Shown piece after piece: positions 24,343 to 33,374 of a stretch of DNA of 33,374 nt. The stretch is from a virus (taxonomy: Duplodnaviria; Caudoviricetes), in the IMG/VR virus record IMGVR_UViG_3300032277_000043, positions 1-33,374 of that record, one strand, 5' to 3'. The translations under genes were made by a program, and so were the position numbers. The notes beneath the pieces are model-generated. The model had not been told where the DNA came from and did no database searches. It saw nothing but the letters and a program-made list of their open reading frames with translations. Numbering within the stretch: the first letter of the stretch is position 1; every line of letters starts with the position of its first letter.

Positions 24343-24696
24343 ATGGCAGTTAAGACGCAGACGGACATTGCACTGATGGTATTGGAATATTTAGGTCTTG
24401 TACCTGAAGGCCAATCTCCAAGCTCCGCTAGGATTGCAACGGCAAAGGATGGCGTTGCGAATGCGCATGCCGAATTAGCCTCTGCAAATATAGCATGGTG
24501 GGGTATTGATGAGTGCCCAACTTCTGTTGCAAGCGCCCTTTCGCATTATGTTGCAGGTGATCTTGCGCCGCAATTAGCCGTTCCTGAGCGCATCCGGTAC
24601 TATCAATCTGGAATGATGCGTGCGCGCCGTCGAATGGCTGCCGTTGTTTCAAAGCGTGATATTTCTGATCGACCTACAGAGGTGCAAGATTTTTAA
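24343..24696 (+). CDS. head-to-tail adaptor (P22 gp4-like)
   Basis: Position and size; LEYLGLVPEGQSPS pattern. Confidence 0.7.
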   Translation: MAVKTQTDIALMVLEYLGLVPEGQSPSSARIATAKDGVANAHAELASANIAWWGIDECPTSVASALSHYVAGDLAPQLAVPERIRYYQSGMMRARRRMAAVVSKRDISDRPTEVQDF

Positions 24697-26117
24697 TGCC
24701 TTCAATTCAATTTGGCGCAGAGGCTTACGAGAACGAAAGCTACGGTTTAGCGCCGATTAAGCTTGAAAACTGGTTTGCCGAGGAGACAACCGACCGTTCA
24801 GAATGGGGTCATCGCCTCATCCCGACGCCTGGTCTTGTTTCATTTTCAGATAATGCACAATCAACCGGTCGCGGTTGTTTTCAATCTGATGCGATTGCAT
24901 CTGGATCGATAATTCAAGCGTTCAGTACAACAGTTAGGCGTGTTGATGCGAGCGGAACGAGCGCAGGTCTCACCGGTTCTATTGTTGATGACGGAAAACC
25001 TATTCGATCGGCGTTAAGCCAGGCCGAGGCGGTTTTAAATTCAGGCGGTAACGCCTATCAAGTAACAACTGGTGCCGTGACCGATATAACGGCTCAATTA
25101 ACGGGTGCGGGCGCTTCTGGTGACATTATAGACGTGGCGGTTTTAAACAGCCGCCATCTCTATGTGGAGGACAATTCAGGCCGTCTATTTTATTCTGCGG
25201 TTGGTGATTGCGATAACATCGAAGGTTTTATCACTGCGGAAAGTGACCCGGACCAATTGCTTGCCGCAATGGTTGTTGCTGGGTCTTTGTTGCTGCTTGG
25301 TAAACGAAAAACCGAGCTATGGATTGGCACGTCAAGCGCGACCACTCCGTTAATCCGTCGACAAGGCTATATTTTGGATGTCGGCATTATCTCGTCGGAT
25401 GCAAAATGCTCCACGGGCGGCGTTGGTTACTGGGTTGGGCAAGATAATACCGTGTATCGTTGGGGTGGTGGCGCAGAGGTCCGCATCTCCGCTCACTGGA
25501 TGGAGCGTTCAATCCAGGCGCTGAGTGAAGACAATAAGTCAAAAATCAGAATGTCGCCGCACAACTGGAATGGGCACAAGTTTGTTAAGGTACACATTCC
25601 GACCGTTGGCGATTTCTTCTTTGATACTCTAACGCAACGCTGGCACCGCCGAAAAGATATTGCCGTAGACGATCCTCATTGGGGTTTTGATTATTTTGTT
25701 GAGGCCTTTGGCTCTACGTTTGCGCAAAAGAGAAGCAACGGCTTAATCTACCGCCTCGATAATATGATCCATACGGAGGGCGATAGTCAGGTTAGGCGTA
25801 TCGCAACCGCGCATGTTCCTGTTTCAAAGGTAACGGATATGCGAAATGTTGTCGTTGAGGGTCAGTCTGGCGTCGGATTGAATGCGGTTTCAGGCCAAGG
25901 CGTTGACCCTAAGTGCATACTGAAAATCGGTTATGACGGCCAAACTTTTGTTGGCGAGCACACTCGCGACATCGGAAAGCATGGTGAGTTTAGATGGCGG
26001 CCCGTATTTGGTGACATGGGTCAAGCAAAGCCTCCTACTGTTCTTTTGGAGTTGGCATATTCTGACCCCGTTGGTTGGTCTGTATACGGCGCAAGCTTTA
26101 ACGAGGCGCAACACTAA
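24696..26117 (+). CDS. packaged-DNA stabilization/tail hub protein (P22 gp10-like)
   Basis: 473 aa; PTPGL, TAESDPD, GVGL..GQGVDP, IGKHGEF motifs. Confidence 0.85.
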   Translation: MPSIQFGAEAYENESYGLAPIKLENWFAEETTDRSEWGHRLIPTPGLVSFSDNAQSTGRGCFQSDAIASGSIIQAFSTTVRRVDASGTSAGLTGSIVDDGKPIRSALSQAEAVLNSGGNAYQVTTGAVTDITAQLTGAGASGDIIDVAVLNSRHLYVEDNSGRLFYSAVGDCDNIEGFITAESDPDQLLAAMVVAGSLLLLGKRKTELWIGTSSATTPLIRRQGYILDVGIISSDAKCSTGGVGYWVGQDNTVYRWGGGAEVRISAHWMERSIQALSEDNKSKIRMSPHNWNGHKFVKVHIPTVGDFFFDTLTQRWHRRKDIAVDDPHWGFDYFVEAFGSTFAQKRSNGLIYRLDNMIHTEGDSQVRRIATAHVPVSKVTDMRNVVVEGQSGVGLNAVSGQGVDPKCILKIGYDGQTFVGEHTRDIGKHGEFRWRPVFGDMGQAKPPTVLLELAYSDPVGWSVYGASFNEAQH

Positions 26118-26668
26118 TGGCTAGAGACTACTCATTAAGCGCAACGGTTCCTGCCCCAAAGACACCAATCGGGGAGGTTCTGATCGATGGTGAAATGCAC
26201 CCTGTTACTTGCTCTGAGGCTTGGCGACGAACATGGTTTGAGCCGGTTGGCGTTTCTTTGTACGGCGAGACGGGCGGCGAGGATATAACGCAGGCGATTA
26301 GCGACGGCGGCATTGTCAAGCTCGGCGTTGGAACAAGCGGGAATTACGTCCAAAGCGTAACCGGAGACCCAACAAAGGGTCTAAATGTTGCTGGCGGCGC
26401 TGGCGAGGGCTCTGTTAATGCCGTGACATTGGCTCAGGATATCCAGGTAACGGGCTCGCCGGAATTTGCTGACGTAACAATCACTGGTGATGGCGCGATA
26501 TCCGCGCTCTTTGTCACTGTTTCTGGTAAGGTTACGAAGGACGCGACGATAACAGCACCAGAAACGGCTCATACAGTGAATGCAACGTTTAGCAATACTG
26601 AGATTAAAGGCTTCCTAGATGACTTGGGGGCGGTGGTTGAGGAATTAAGACAGGCGATGAATGCATGA
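26117..26668 (+). CDS. putative tail needle/virion protein
   Basis: Occupies the position of P22 gp26; function inferred from synteny only. Confidence 0.5.
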   Translation: MARDYSLSATVPAPKTPIGEVLIDGEMHPVTCSEAWRRTWFEPVGVSLYGETGGEDITQAISDGGIVKLGVGTSGNYVQSVTGDPTKGLNVAGGAGEGSVNAVTLAQDIQVTGSPEFADVTITGDGAISALFVTVSGKVTKDATITAPETAHTVNATFSNTEIKGFLDDLGAVVEELRQAMNA

Positions 26669-27078
26669 TTGAACTAGCAACACCCGTAACAACGAATTTT
26701 GTCGCTGATAATCTGGCTGACGATGAGATTGGCGTGATTGAGTTTGGTCGCGATAATGCTGGCGAGCTCTGTTATGAGTGCGCCTCTCAGAGCGTTATGT
26801 CGTGGGCTGTCATTGTTGATGGCGAGCCGGTCTGTCTTTTTGGCGCTGACGGGCAAAGCGGCGATGAGTGGGCCTCTGCATGGATGTTTTCAACCCCGAA
26901 TGTGCAAAAGGCGCGGTTTGAGGTAATAAAGGGTGCAAGAAAGGCCGTAGAGTTTAGTCGTGATTTTTGGCCAGAGCTTCGGATACGCGCCGAGGATCGC
27001 ACAGAAAAGCAGATTAAGTTTTTGAAAGTAATAGGTTTTAAACCCTCGGAAGACGACCCAACGGAGTTAATATTATGA
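26665..27078 (+). CDS. GNAT-fold/T7 gp13-like virion assembly protein
   Basis: DGEPVCLFG...AWMFST...IKFLKVIGF pattern. Confidence 0.65.
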   Translation: MIELATPVTTNFVADNLADDEIGVIEFGRDNAGELCYECASQSVMSWAVIVDGEPVCLFGADGQSGDEWASAWMFSTPNVQKARFEVIKGARKAVEFSRDFWPELRIRAEDRTEKQIKFLKVIGFKPSEDDPTELIL

Positions 27079-27623
27079 CAGGCGGCAAGAAAAAACGGAA
27101 CGATATAGCCGAGGGCGAGCAGAAGTTTAACACCTTTGCCAATCAGGCTATCGCAACGCAACAACCCTTTGCAAAGCAGGGTGTTCCGGCGGTTAATCAA
27201 TTGTCGGCTATTTCCGGGCTTTCTGGACAGCACGCGCAAAATGTGGCGCGCGGCCAGTTTAATAACAGCCTTTTCTACACGGGCGGGCGAACCGCCTTTA
27301 ATAACGAAAAGGACGAAATTGATAGCGCTCTTGCAAGTCAGGGTTTGGTTTACAGCCAGTCACGTCAAAACGCCGTCGCTGACGCAAGAGAGCGCAACTA
27401 TCAAAATGCGCTCAATTCCTTCCTGAACAATACCGGCAGTGTTGCGAATGTTGGCATAGGGGCCGCGACAAATCAGGCGAACACGTATCTAAATCAGGGC
27501 AACGTTGCCGTTGGCGCTCAGAACAATATCGCAAACACCCGGCAGGGCTTCCTCGGGGGGCTTCAGCAGGTGGCGGGTATTGGTCAGGCAATCGGCGGCT
27601 CAATGGCGCGAGGTGGCTTCTAA
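27075..27623 (+). CDS. DNA ejection protein (P22 gp7-like)
   Basis: Gly/Ala/Asn/Gln-rich, QQPFAKQG motif, synteny. Confidence 0.65.
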   Translation: MTGGKKKRNDIAEGEQKFNTFANQAIATQQPFAKQGVPAVNQLSAISGLSGQHAQNVARGQFNNSLFYTGGRTAFNNEKDEIDSALASQGLVYSQSRQNAVADARERNYQNALNSFLNNTGSVANVGIGAATNQANTYLNQGNVAVGAQNNIANTRQGFLGGLQQVAGIGQAIGGSMARGGF

Positions 27624-27624
27624 A

Positions 27625-28788
27625 ATGGTCGGATTAAGTGATCTTATTGGCTTTGCCGGAAACGCGGCCGACGCCGTGCTTACCGGTGGTGCGGTGGGCC
27701 GAACGCGCCGCAGGGGCCAGTTTAACGAGCTTATGGAGACTGGCGACCTTTCTGGTGCCCAGGCCTTTGCAACCAAGCATGGCCGGGATGATATTGCGGC
27801 CAACCTTCACCAACGCCAAACCCAAGCGACTGCCTTGCAAAAACAAGAACAGGACGCAGAATTTCAATTCATCGTAAATCAAGCATCCGTTTTGGATAGC
27901 CTTGTGACCGATCCGGCCCAGCAAAAGGCTTATCTTGATCAAAACATCCCCCATTACCTTTCCCAAGGTCTTATAGGTGATGAAGATGTTCCGATGTTGT
28001 ATGAAAATATCGGGGTTGAGGGCGGATTTACCGGCATTGCGCGCTCGCTTACGGATCATAACGACCAGTTTGATAATGCTGTTAACGCTCAAAACGCGGA
28101 CACAAGCCGGATTAACGCCTTAAAAGCACCCGCCCCGCTTGTAACGGTCAACACTGGTGATCCGAACAACGCAACAGCGCCGCCCGTTCGCCGGCCTGGC
28201 AATACGGCGCGCGTTCCCGATTTTGACCCGATTGAACAGGCGACAGGCCCAGCCGATACCATCTTGAGAGTTGCACAGCGAATACCGATACTTGCTCCTC
28301 TTATTGGCGAGGCTGGCTCAGAGCAGCGTCAATCTCGCCTTATTGTGGAAAATATCAATAATGATTTGCGGCGTGCTTTTGCGGTAAATGGCAGCCGAAT
28401 TTCAAACTTTGATTTAGGGCTGGCCGAAAAATTGCTTCCGGCATCGCTTGGCGTTTTCTCGTCAGAGCAAGCCTCGGTCGCTGATTTAACGCAACTAAAA
28501 AGCCTTATAGATCAAGATGTTGACCAGCAACTAGAGGCTAGTCGAACGCAGGATTTGACGAAAGCCGATCGCTCAGATGTACAACAAGGCATCAATCACC
28601 TTTCAAATGCGTCGAATAAGATTGGCGCTATTTTGACGGCGCGGCAGCTTGCCGTGACTAAAATAGATGGGCGGCCCGTTGGCGAGTTTAGCCGGCAAGA
28701 ACTCGAGGGTTTAGCGGCTAACGCTTCCGGATTAGATGATGCGCAGTTGCAAGCGCTATCGGCGGCATGGGACACTTTTAATGACTAA
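27625..28788 (+). CDS. putative DNA ejection protein (gp20 position)
   Basis: ATG at 27625 after GAGGTGG; helical, Gln/Ala-rich; synteny. Confidence 0.6.
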   Translation: MVGLSDLIGFAGNAADAVLTGGAVGRTRRRGQFNELMETGDLSGAQAFATKHGRDDIAANLHQRQTQATALQKQEQDAEFQFIVNQASVLDSLVTDPAQQKAYLDQNIPHYLSQGLIGDEDVPMLYENIGVEGGFTGIARSLTDHNDQFDNAVNAQNADTSRINALKAPAPLVTVNTGDPNNATAPPVRRPGNTARVPDFDPIEQATGPADTILRVAQRIPILAPLIGEAGSEQRQSRLIVENINNDLRRAFAVNGSRISNFDLGLAEKLLPASLGVFSSEQASVADLTQLKSLIDQDVDQQLEASRTQDLTKADRSDVQQGINHLSNASNKIGAILTARQLAVTKIDGRPVGEFSRQELEGLAANASGLDDAQLQALSAAWDTFND

Positions 28789-31495
28789 TCCGTTTGAGGC
28801 AGAATTGGCTAAGCGACAAGGGGCGCAAGCGGGGCTTGAAGGCCCGCCGCCCCAGCAATTGTCCGCGCCCCAATCTGCCCCGAATAGTGGCGGCAATCCA
28901 TTTAAAGCTGAATTATCCCGTCGCGGCCTAGATGCTACTCCCTCACTGTCCTCGCTTCAAAACACTGGCCAGCCAATTCGTGAGGGGCTTACTGACGCCA
29001 ATAAGATCATTGCGGAAACCGTGGGTGGTGTTGGGGAAATCCTTAATGCGCCTGGAAATGCTTTGTATAAGGCTACAAATCGCGCCGGATTAACGAATGT
29101 CCGCACCGATCCGGAGGCCGGATTATTCCCGACGAAAAAAGAGGTCAAGGAAGGGTTTGAGGATGTTGGCATTGACGTTACGCCGAAGCTAGACGCAGAG
29201 CGGACACCATCCGAGCGGGCTGCCGGCGCTGCCGGTAAGGTTATTGGCGCTGGTGCAACATTCTTAGCTCCCGGCACCGCTGCGGTCAAAGCAGGTGCGT
29301 CCGGAAAGGGTGCTCTTGGTTTTCTTGGGCCGATCGGCCAGCAATTTGTGAAAAACCCATCCGCCTTTGCTGCAACTGAGGTTGGTACACTGGCAGGCTC
29401 CGCGCAGGGCGCCGCCGCCGCCGAGCTACTTTTTCCCGGCAGCGACACGGCGAAATTTGTTGGTGAGGTTGCGGGTGGTTTCGTTAATCCAGCCGCCGCG
29501 ATGGCTAAGGCTGGCCCAAAGGCTGCCGGTGCAATTGGTCGCGCTGCCTCGACATTCACCAGAGGGGGGCGCGAGGCTGCGGCTTCTAAAGTCCTTCAAA
29601 ACATGGCGATTGAAGCCGGTGAAGATCCAAAGGTTTTAGCCGCTGCACTGCGAAAAACGGACGTGGTTCCAAATAGCCTGTCATCTGGCGCGAAGACTGG
29701 GTCTGAGGCAATGTTACGCCTTGAGGCAAGTGTTGCGCGGGATAACGCTAAATTCCAACGCACCAATCAAGCTTCTACGGATGATGCTTTTGAGCGCATC
29801 CGAACATCGATCGATGATATGGCAGCGTCTGGTGATCCTGAGGCGGTCCGAATTGCATCAAAGCTACGCCAACAGAATTTTGATAACCTCTTAGATGGTC
29901 GAATAAGGTCCGCCCAAAATCAGGCGATGGAAACGGCGGCGCGCGTTTCTGGCCCTGGTAAAGCGGCATCGAGCGCGAGGGTCGAAAAGGTATTGCGAAA
30001 CGCGCTTGATGAGGCGCGCGGAGCTGAAAGGGCGTTATGGAATGAGGTTCCAAAGGATATACCGGTCCAAATCAATCCGGATGGCCCACTAACCGCTGCC
30101 GTCAAAGAGGCGCGGACACGTCTGCTTGATGAGGAAATCCTACCGTTTGATAGGACGTTAAACCGCATCATGGAGGCGGGCTCAAATAGTGGAGAGTTGA
30201 TTACCCTTCGTAGCCGATTACTAGATAATGCGCGGAAACTTCGTTCTGAGCGTGATTACGGTAAGGCTGCAATTGCCTCTGATTTGGCTGAAGCTGTCCG
30301 CAAACAAATGGATGATGTTGGAAACCCTGCCTTTGATGAGGCTCGGGCTTTCTCACGTACACTGAATGAGAAATTCACACAAAGTTTCGCAGGTGATGCC
30401 CTTAGGTCTGATCCAGCGGGTGCATCCAGGATGTTGCCTGAGGTTGTCCTTGACCGCGCCTTTGCTGGGGGCGGCGGTGGTAGCTCTGTCCGCTTCCGTC
30501 AACTAGAGGAGGCTGGCGATTTTGCTGACGCGCAAGGTGGTAACTTCCTATTCCGAGATGCGGTTCGAAGTGAGCAAGAGGCGTTTTTACGGTCTGCGGC
30601 AGAAGAAACGATGACTGATGGCGTGGTAAACACCACAAAATTACAAACATTCATGACACGGAATGCTGAGACGTTAAAGCGCTTTCCTGGCGTTGCTGCG
30701 GACCTTCAAGACGCAAACTCGGCAGCGAAGGTTTTAAAGCAAGTTGAAAACTTAAACGCGAGCGCGTCAAAGATTGTTCGCCAAAAAGCAACGTTTTCAA
30801 AGGTTTTAGATGTTGAGGATGCAACTGCGGTTGTCAGTAAGGCTATCTCGGGTAGAGAGCCGGCACGCGAGATTGGACAGCTATCGAGGTTGGCTCGAAA
30901 GAGCGGCCCGTCTGCGGTTGCCGGGTTGCGTACGAGTATTATTGATGATGCCGTATCAAGGGCAACATCCGCAAAGGGTCTTGATTTTCAAAAGCTTGAC
31001 GACGCTCTATCGAAGCCTGTCTCGCGCGGCGGACCAAGTGCTTATGGTATGATTTCATCAAATCAGCTCATGAAGAACGAGGAATTGGTAAGGCTAAAGA
31101 GCTTGGTTTCAAGAGCGGCACAGATTGAAAAGAATGTTGCGACCCGCTTCCTTAAGGAGGAGTTGGTCGAAAGTCCTGATGCCATAACGGACCTTGTTAT
31201 TCGTATTGCTGGTGCCCGTGTTGGCGCAAGGGCTGCGGAGGGCGGAGCCGCTGGCTCCTCTCTAGTTGCAGCGAGTGCTGGCTCACGGTTTTTGCGCGGT
31301 ATTCTTGAGAAAGTGCCGGCATCGAGAACTCAGGACGTTCTAATTGAAGCTGCGCAAAATCCGCAATTTGCCGCAAAACTTCTTGAAAAGCCTAAAACAG
31401 AAGCTGCGCGGCGGCGTATTGGAAAACAATTAAATGTATTCTTGTTGCAAGCTGGAATTATCGCTGAGGATGGGCAAGATGAACAATCAAAATAA
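28781..31495 (+). CDS. large DNA ejection/internal virion protein (gp16 position)
   Basis: About 904 aa, Ala/Gly-rich; repeated NPF(E/K)AEL at the N-terminus; synteny. Confidence 0.65.
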   Translation: MTNPFEAELAKRQGAQAGLEGPPPQQLSAPQSAPNSGGNPFKAELSRRGLDATPSLSSLQNTGQPIREGLTDANKIIAETVGGVGEILNAPGNALYKATNRAGLTNVRTDPEAGLFPTKKEVKEGFEDVGIDVTPKLDAERTPSERAAGAAGKVIGAGATFLAPGTAAVKAGASGKGALGFLGPIGQQFVKNPSAFAATEVGTLAGSAQGAAAAELLFPGSDTAKFVGEVAGGFVNPAAAMAKAGPKAAGAIGRAASTFTRGGREAAASKVLQNMAIEAGEDPKVLAAALRKTDVVPNSLSSGAKTGSEAMLRLEASVARDNAKFQRTNQASTDDAFERIRTSIDDMAASGDPEAVRIASKLRQQNFDNLLDGRIRSAQNQAMETAARVSGPGKAASSARVEKVLRNALDEARGAERALWNEVPKDIPVQINPDGPLTAAVKEARTRLLDEEILPFDRTLNRIMEAGSNSGELITLRSRLLDNARKLRSERDYGKAAIASDLAEAVRKQMDDVGNPAFDEARAFSRTLNEKFTQSFAGDALRSDPAGASRMLPEVVLDRAFAGGGGGSSVRFRQLEEAGDFADAQGGNFLFRDAVRSEQEAFLRSAAEETMTDGVVNTTKLQTFMTRNAETLKRFPGVAADLQDANSAAKVLKQVENLNASASKIVRQKATFSKVLDVEDATAVVSKAISGREPAREIGQLSRLARKSGPSAVAGLRTSIIDDAVSRATSAKGLDFQKLDDALSKPVSRGGPSAYGMISSNQLMKNEELVRLKSLVSRAAQIEKNVATRFLKEELVESPDAITDLVIRIAGARVGARAAEGGAAGSSLVAASAGSRFLRGILEKVPASRTQDVLIEAAQNPQFAAKLLEKPKTEAARRRIGKQLNVFLLQAGIIAEDGQDEQSK

Positions 31496-31516
31496 TATAT
31501 TTGGAGAAACCCTGTA

Positions 31517-33277
31517 ATGGCCGCTGTACCTGCATTATTCCGAATGAGAGACGAAAACGGCGTCCTAGAAGCTGGTGCTAAGTTATATACTTACATCGCC
31601 GGAACAACGACGCCGCTTGCCGTTTATTCTGATGCGGCTTTATCCACACCCTTTCCAAATCCGGCAATTGCTGACGCTTTTGGGCGTATTGTTGTCTGGT
31701 TTGACAGTAATCAATCGTACAAGGTTGAGGTCAAAAAGTCTGACGATAGCGCTGATTTGTTCCCGGCCTTTGATAACTATTCACCTGGTGACGATGATAT
31801 TTTGCAATTTGTTGGCACTGATGCCTCTGCGGCTGCGGTTGCAGCAGCGGAAGCTGCGGCCCTAGCGGAGGGTTATAAGGATGATGCGGAAACAGCGGCG
31901 AACACTGCCACGGCTGCGGCGTCGGCGGTTACGGCGGATGCAATCACGGCATCGGCTGCGGCGGCTGGCGCTTCAACGTCAGAAACTAATGCAGCAACTT
32001 CAGAGGCTAATGCAGCATCTTCCGAAAGCAACGCAGCGGCCTCGGCCTTAGCGGCGGATGCTGATGCAACGTCTGCTGCCGGTAGCGCAACGTCTGCCGG
32101 CACGTCGGAAACAAATGCTGCGGCGTCTGATGATAGCGCTGAATTGCATGATATTTCCGCTGGCCTTTCTAATGAAAACATTCGATCGCGTGTTTTGCCA
32201 GGATCCTATGCGAATGCCGCTGCGGCGGCTGCGGATGAAAACGCAATAGTTGGATCGCAATATCTTGGCACTGACGACGGATACTATGCCCTAACGGCGC
32301 TATCTCCGGCGGCGGCGATTGCTGTTCCATCGCTGACGGCGCAACAAACAACTAACCTCGCAGCGGTGCCGCGTATTGATGAATTTACCGCCCGCCTAGA
32401 TGATAGCGGAATTTCAGCCGGTGCTGCGGACGCTTATGTCTACACATCCGCAAGCGGGCTTGAATTGTCCGCTTATGCAGCCGGCGTTAAGGTTGCTTTT
32501 TTCGCTGCGGCAACAAATACTGGCGCATCAACAATAAATATTGACGGTCTTGGTGTTAAGGATTTGCGAAAGCGCTTCAATACACCCCTTATTGCTGGGG
32601 ATATTCCACTAGGCTTGCGGGTTGAGGCTGTTTACGATGCAACAAATGATGTTTTTCAGATTGTCTCTCCACTTGTTAACAATAACCTCACAGCTTTAGA
32701 GGCGTTAACCGGCGCTGCCGCTGATAAGATGCCGTATTTTACTGGCGCGGGCGCAATGAATGTCGCTGACTTCACTTCTTTTGGTCGAACACTTGCCGGA
32801 TCTGCAAACGCAGCCGCTGCACAGGCCTCTCTTAATCTTGACCCCGGCTCTGATGTGCAAGCCTACAGCGCAAGACTTACCGCAATTGCTGCAATCGCCG
32901 CAACAAACAGCCGCTTCCTTGTTGGTAATGGGTCAACATGGGTTGCTGAAACAGGGTCAACCGCAAGGGCATCGATGGGCGCTGGCGAGGTGAACACCTA
33001 CACCTCAGGAAATCCTGCATTGCTTCGTATAAAGACAAACGGTAATGACGTTGGTATTACATGGGGGTCCGACACTGTTAACGCTGGCCAAAGCTTTATT
33101 CAAAACTTTATTTCAAGCTTTTCTGGTGTTCCGATTGGCCTAATAACCGGCACGAGCGCAAACAGCAATTTAGATAAAAACCTAACAGCAGTTACATCAA
33201 CATCAAATATAACGCTCCGCAACTGGACAGCAGATAATCAGCTTATCATGTGGGCCGCTATAGGGCAGCTCCCATAA
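31517..33277 (+). CDS. tail fibre protein
   Basis: N-terminal GAKLYTYIAGTTTP...NP.IAD..GR attachment domain, Stf-like SETNAA repeats, NTGASTINIDGLG module. Confidence 0.85.
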   Translation: MAAVPALFRMRDENGVLEAGAKLYTYIAGTTTPLAVYSDAALSTPFPNPAIADAFGRIVVWFDSNQSYKVEVKKSDDSADLFPAFDNYSPGDDDILQFVGTDASAAAVAAAEAAALAEGYKDDAETAANTATAAASAVTADAITASAAAAGASTSETNAATSEANAASSESNAAASALAADADATSAAGSATSAGTSETNAAASDDSAELHDISAGLSNENIRSRVLPGSYANAAAAAADENAIVGSQYLGTDDGYYALTALSPAAAIAVPSLTAQQTTNLAAVPRIDEFTARLDDSGISAGAADAYVYTSASGLELSAYAAGVKVAFFAAATNTGASTINIDGLGVKDLRKRFNTPLIAGDIPLGLRVEAVYDATNDVFQIVSPLVNNNLTALEALTGAAADKMPYFTGAGAMNVADFTSFGRTLAGSANAAAAQASLNLDPGSDVQAYSARLTAIAAIAATNSRFLVGNGSTWVAETGSTARASMGAGEVNTYTSGNPALLRIKTNGNDVGITWGSDTVNAGQSFIQNFISSFSGVPIGLITGTSANSNLDKNLTAVTSTSNITLRNWTADNQLIMWAAIGQLP

Positions 33278-33374
33278 TGACGGTATTTCTTGAAACAGAT
33301 CACCGTGTTGTGCTTCAGATGCACGATCAGGCAGCGCCAGGACAGCCGGCGATTGCTCTTGATTTGTTAAATGG
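33277..33374 (+). CDS. 3'-truncated ORF
   Basis: TAATG coupling; MTVFLETDHRVVLQMHDQAAPGQPAIALDLLN runs off the window. Confidence 0.6.
   Translation, partial: MTVFLETDHRVVLQMHDQAAPGQPAIALDLLN

Noticed and set aside
28957-29559. 200-aa antisense ORF in the ejection protein gene
   Set aside because: Shadow of Ala/Gly-rich codons on the coding strand.
31830-32140. Repeated GCGGC/ACGTC words in the tail fibre gene
   Set aside because: They reflect ordinary Ala/Ser-rich Stf-like protein repeats; no DGR template/variable repeat pair was seen.

Overview
Most of the genome of a short-tailed (P22-like architecture) dsDNA phage with a lambdoid gene order, probably infecting an alphaproteobacterium (inferred from the gene repertoire, not verified). 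In order: the 3' part of a large Ig-like/glycoside-hydrolase-like protein; a lysis module (M15 peptidase, holin-like genes, overlapping Rz/Rz1); a divergent accessory region (3.85-7.63 kb); a leftward early operon (TorF-like porin, HNH, NinB, YqaJ exonuclease, ERF); a Cro-like gene with no adjacent CI; replication genes (DnaA-C-like, DUF1376 initiator, RusA); a small leftward Zn-finger operon; then terS, terL, portal, scaffold, capsid, tail/ejection proteins and tail fibre. No integrase, CI or DNA polymerase is visible in the window. The most unusual part is 3.85-7.63 kb. Nine leftward microprotein genes are each delimited by the same SD+CCCG motif, an embedded five-way-junction RNA has a loop complementary to that motif, and a structured leader precedes them. 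A divergent resolvase-fold protein lacking the catalytic residues heads a mirror array of small genes delimited by AGGAC. All family assignments come from motif recognition by eye; no database searches were run.
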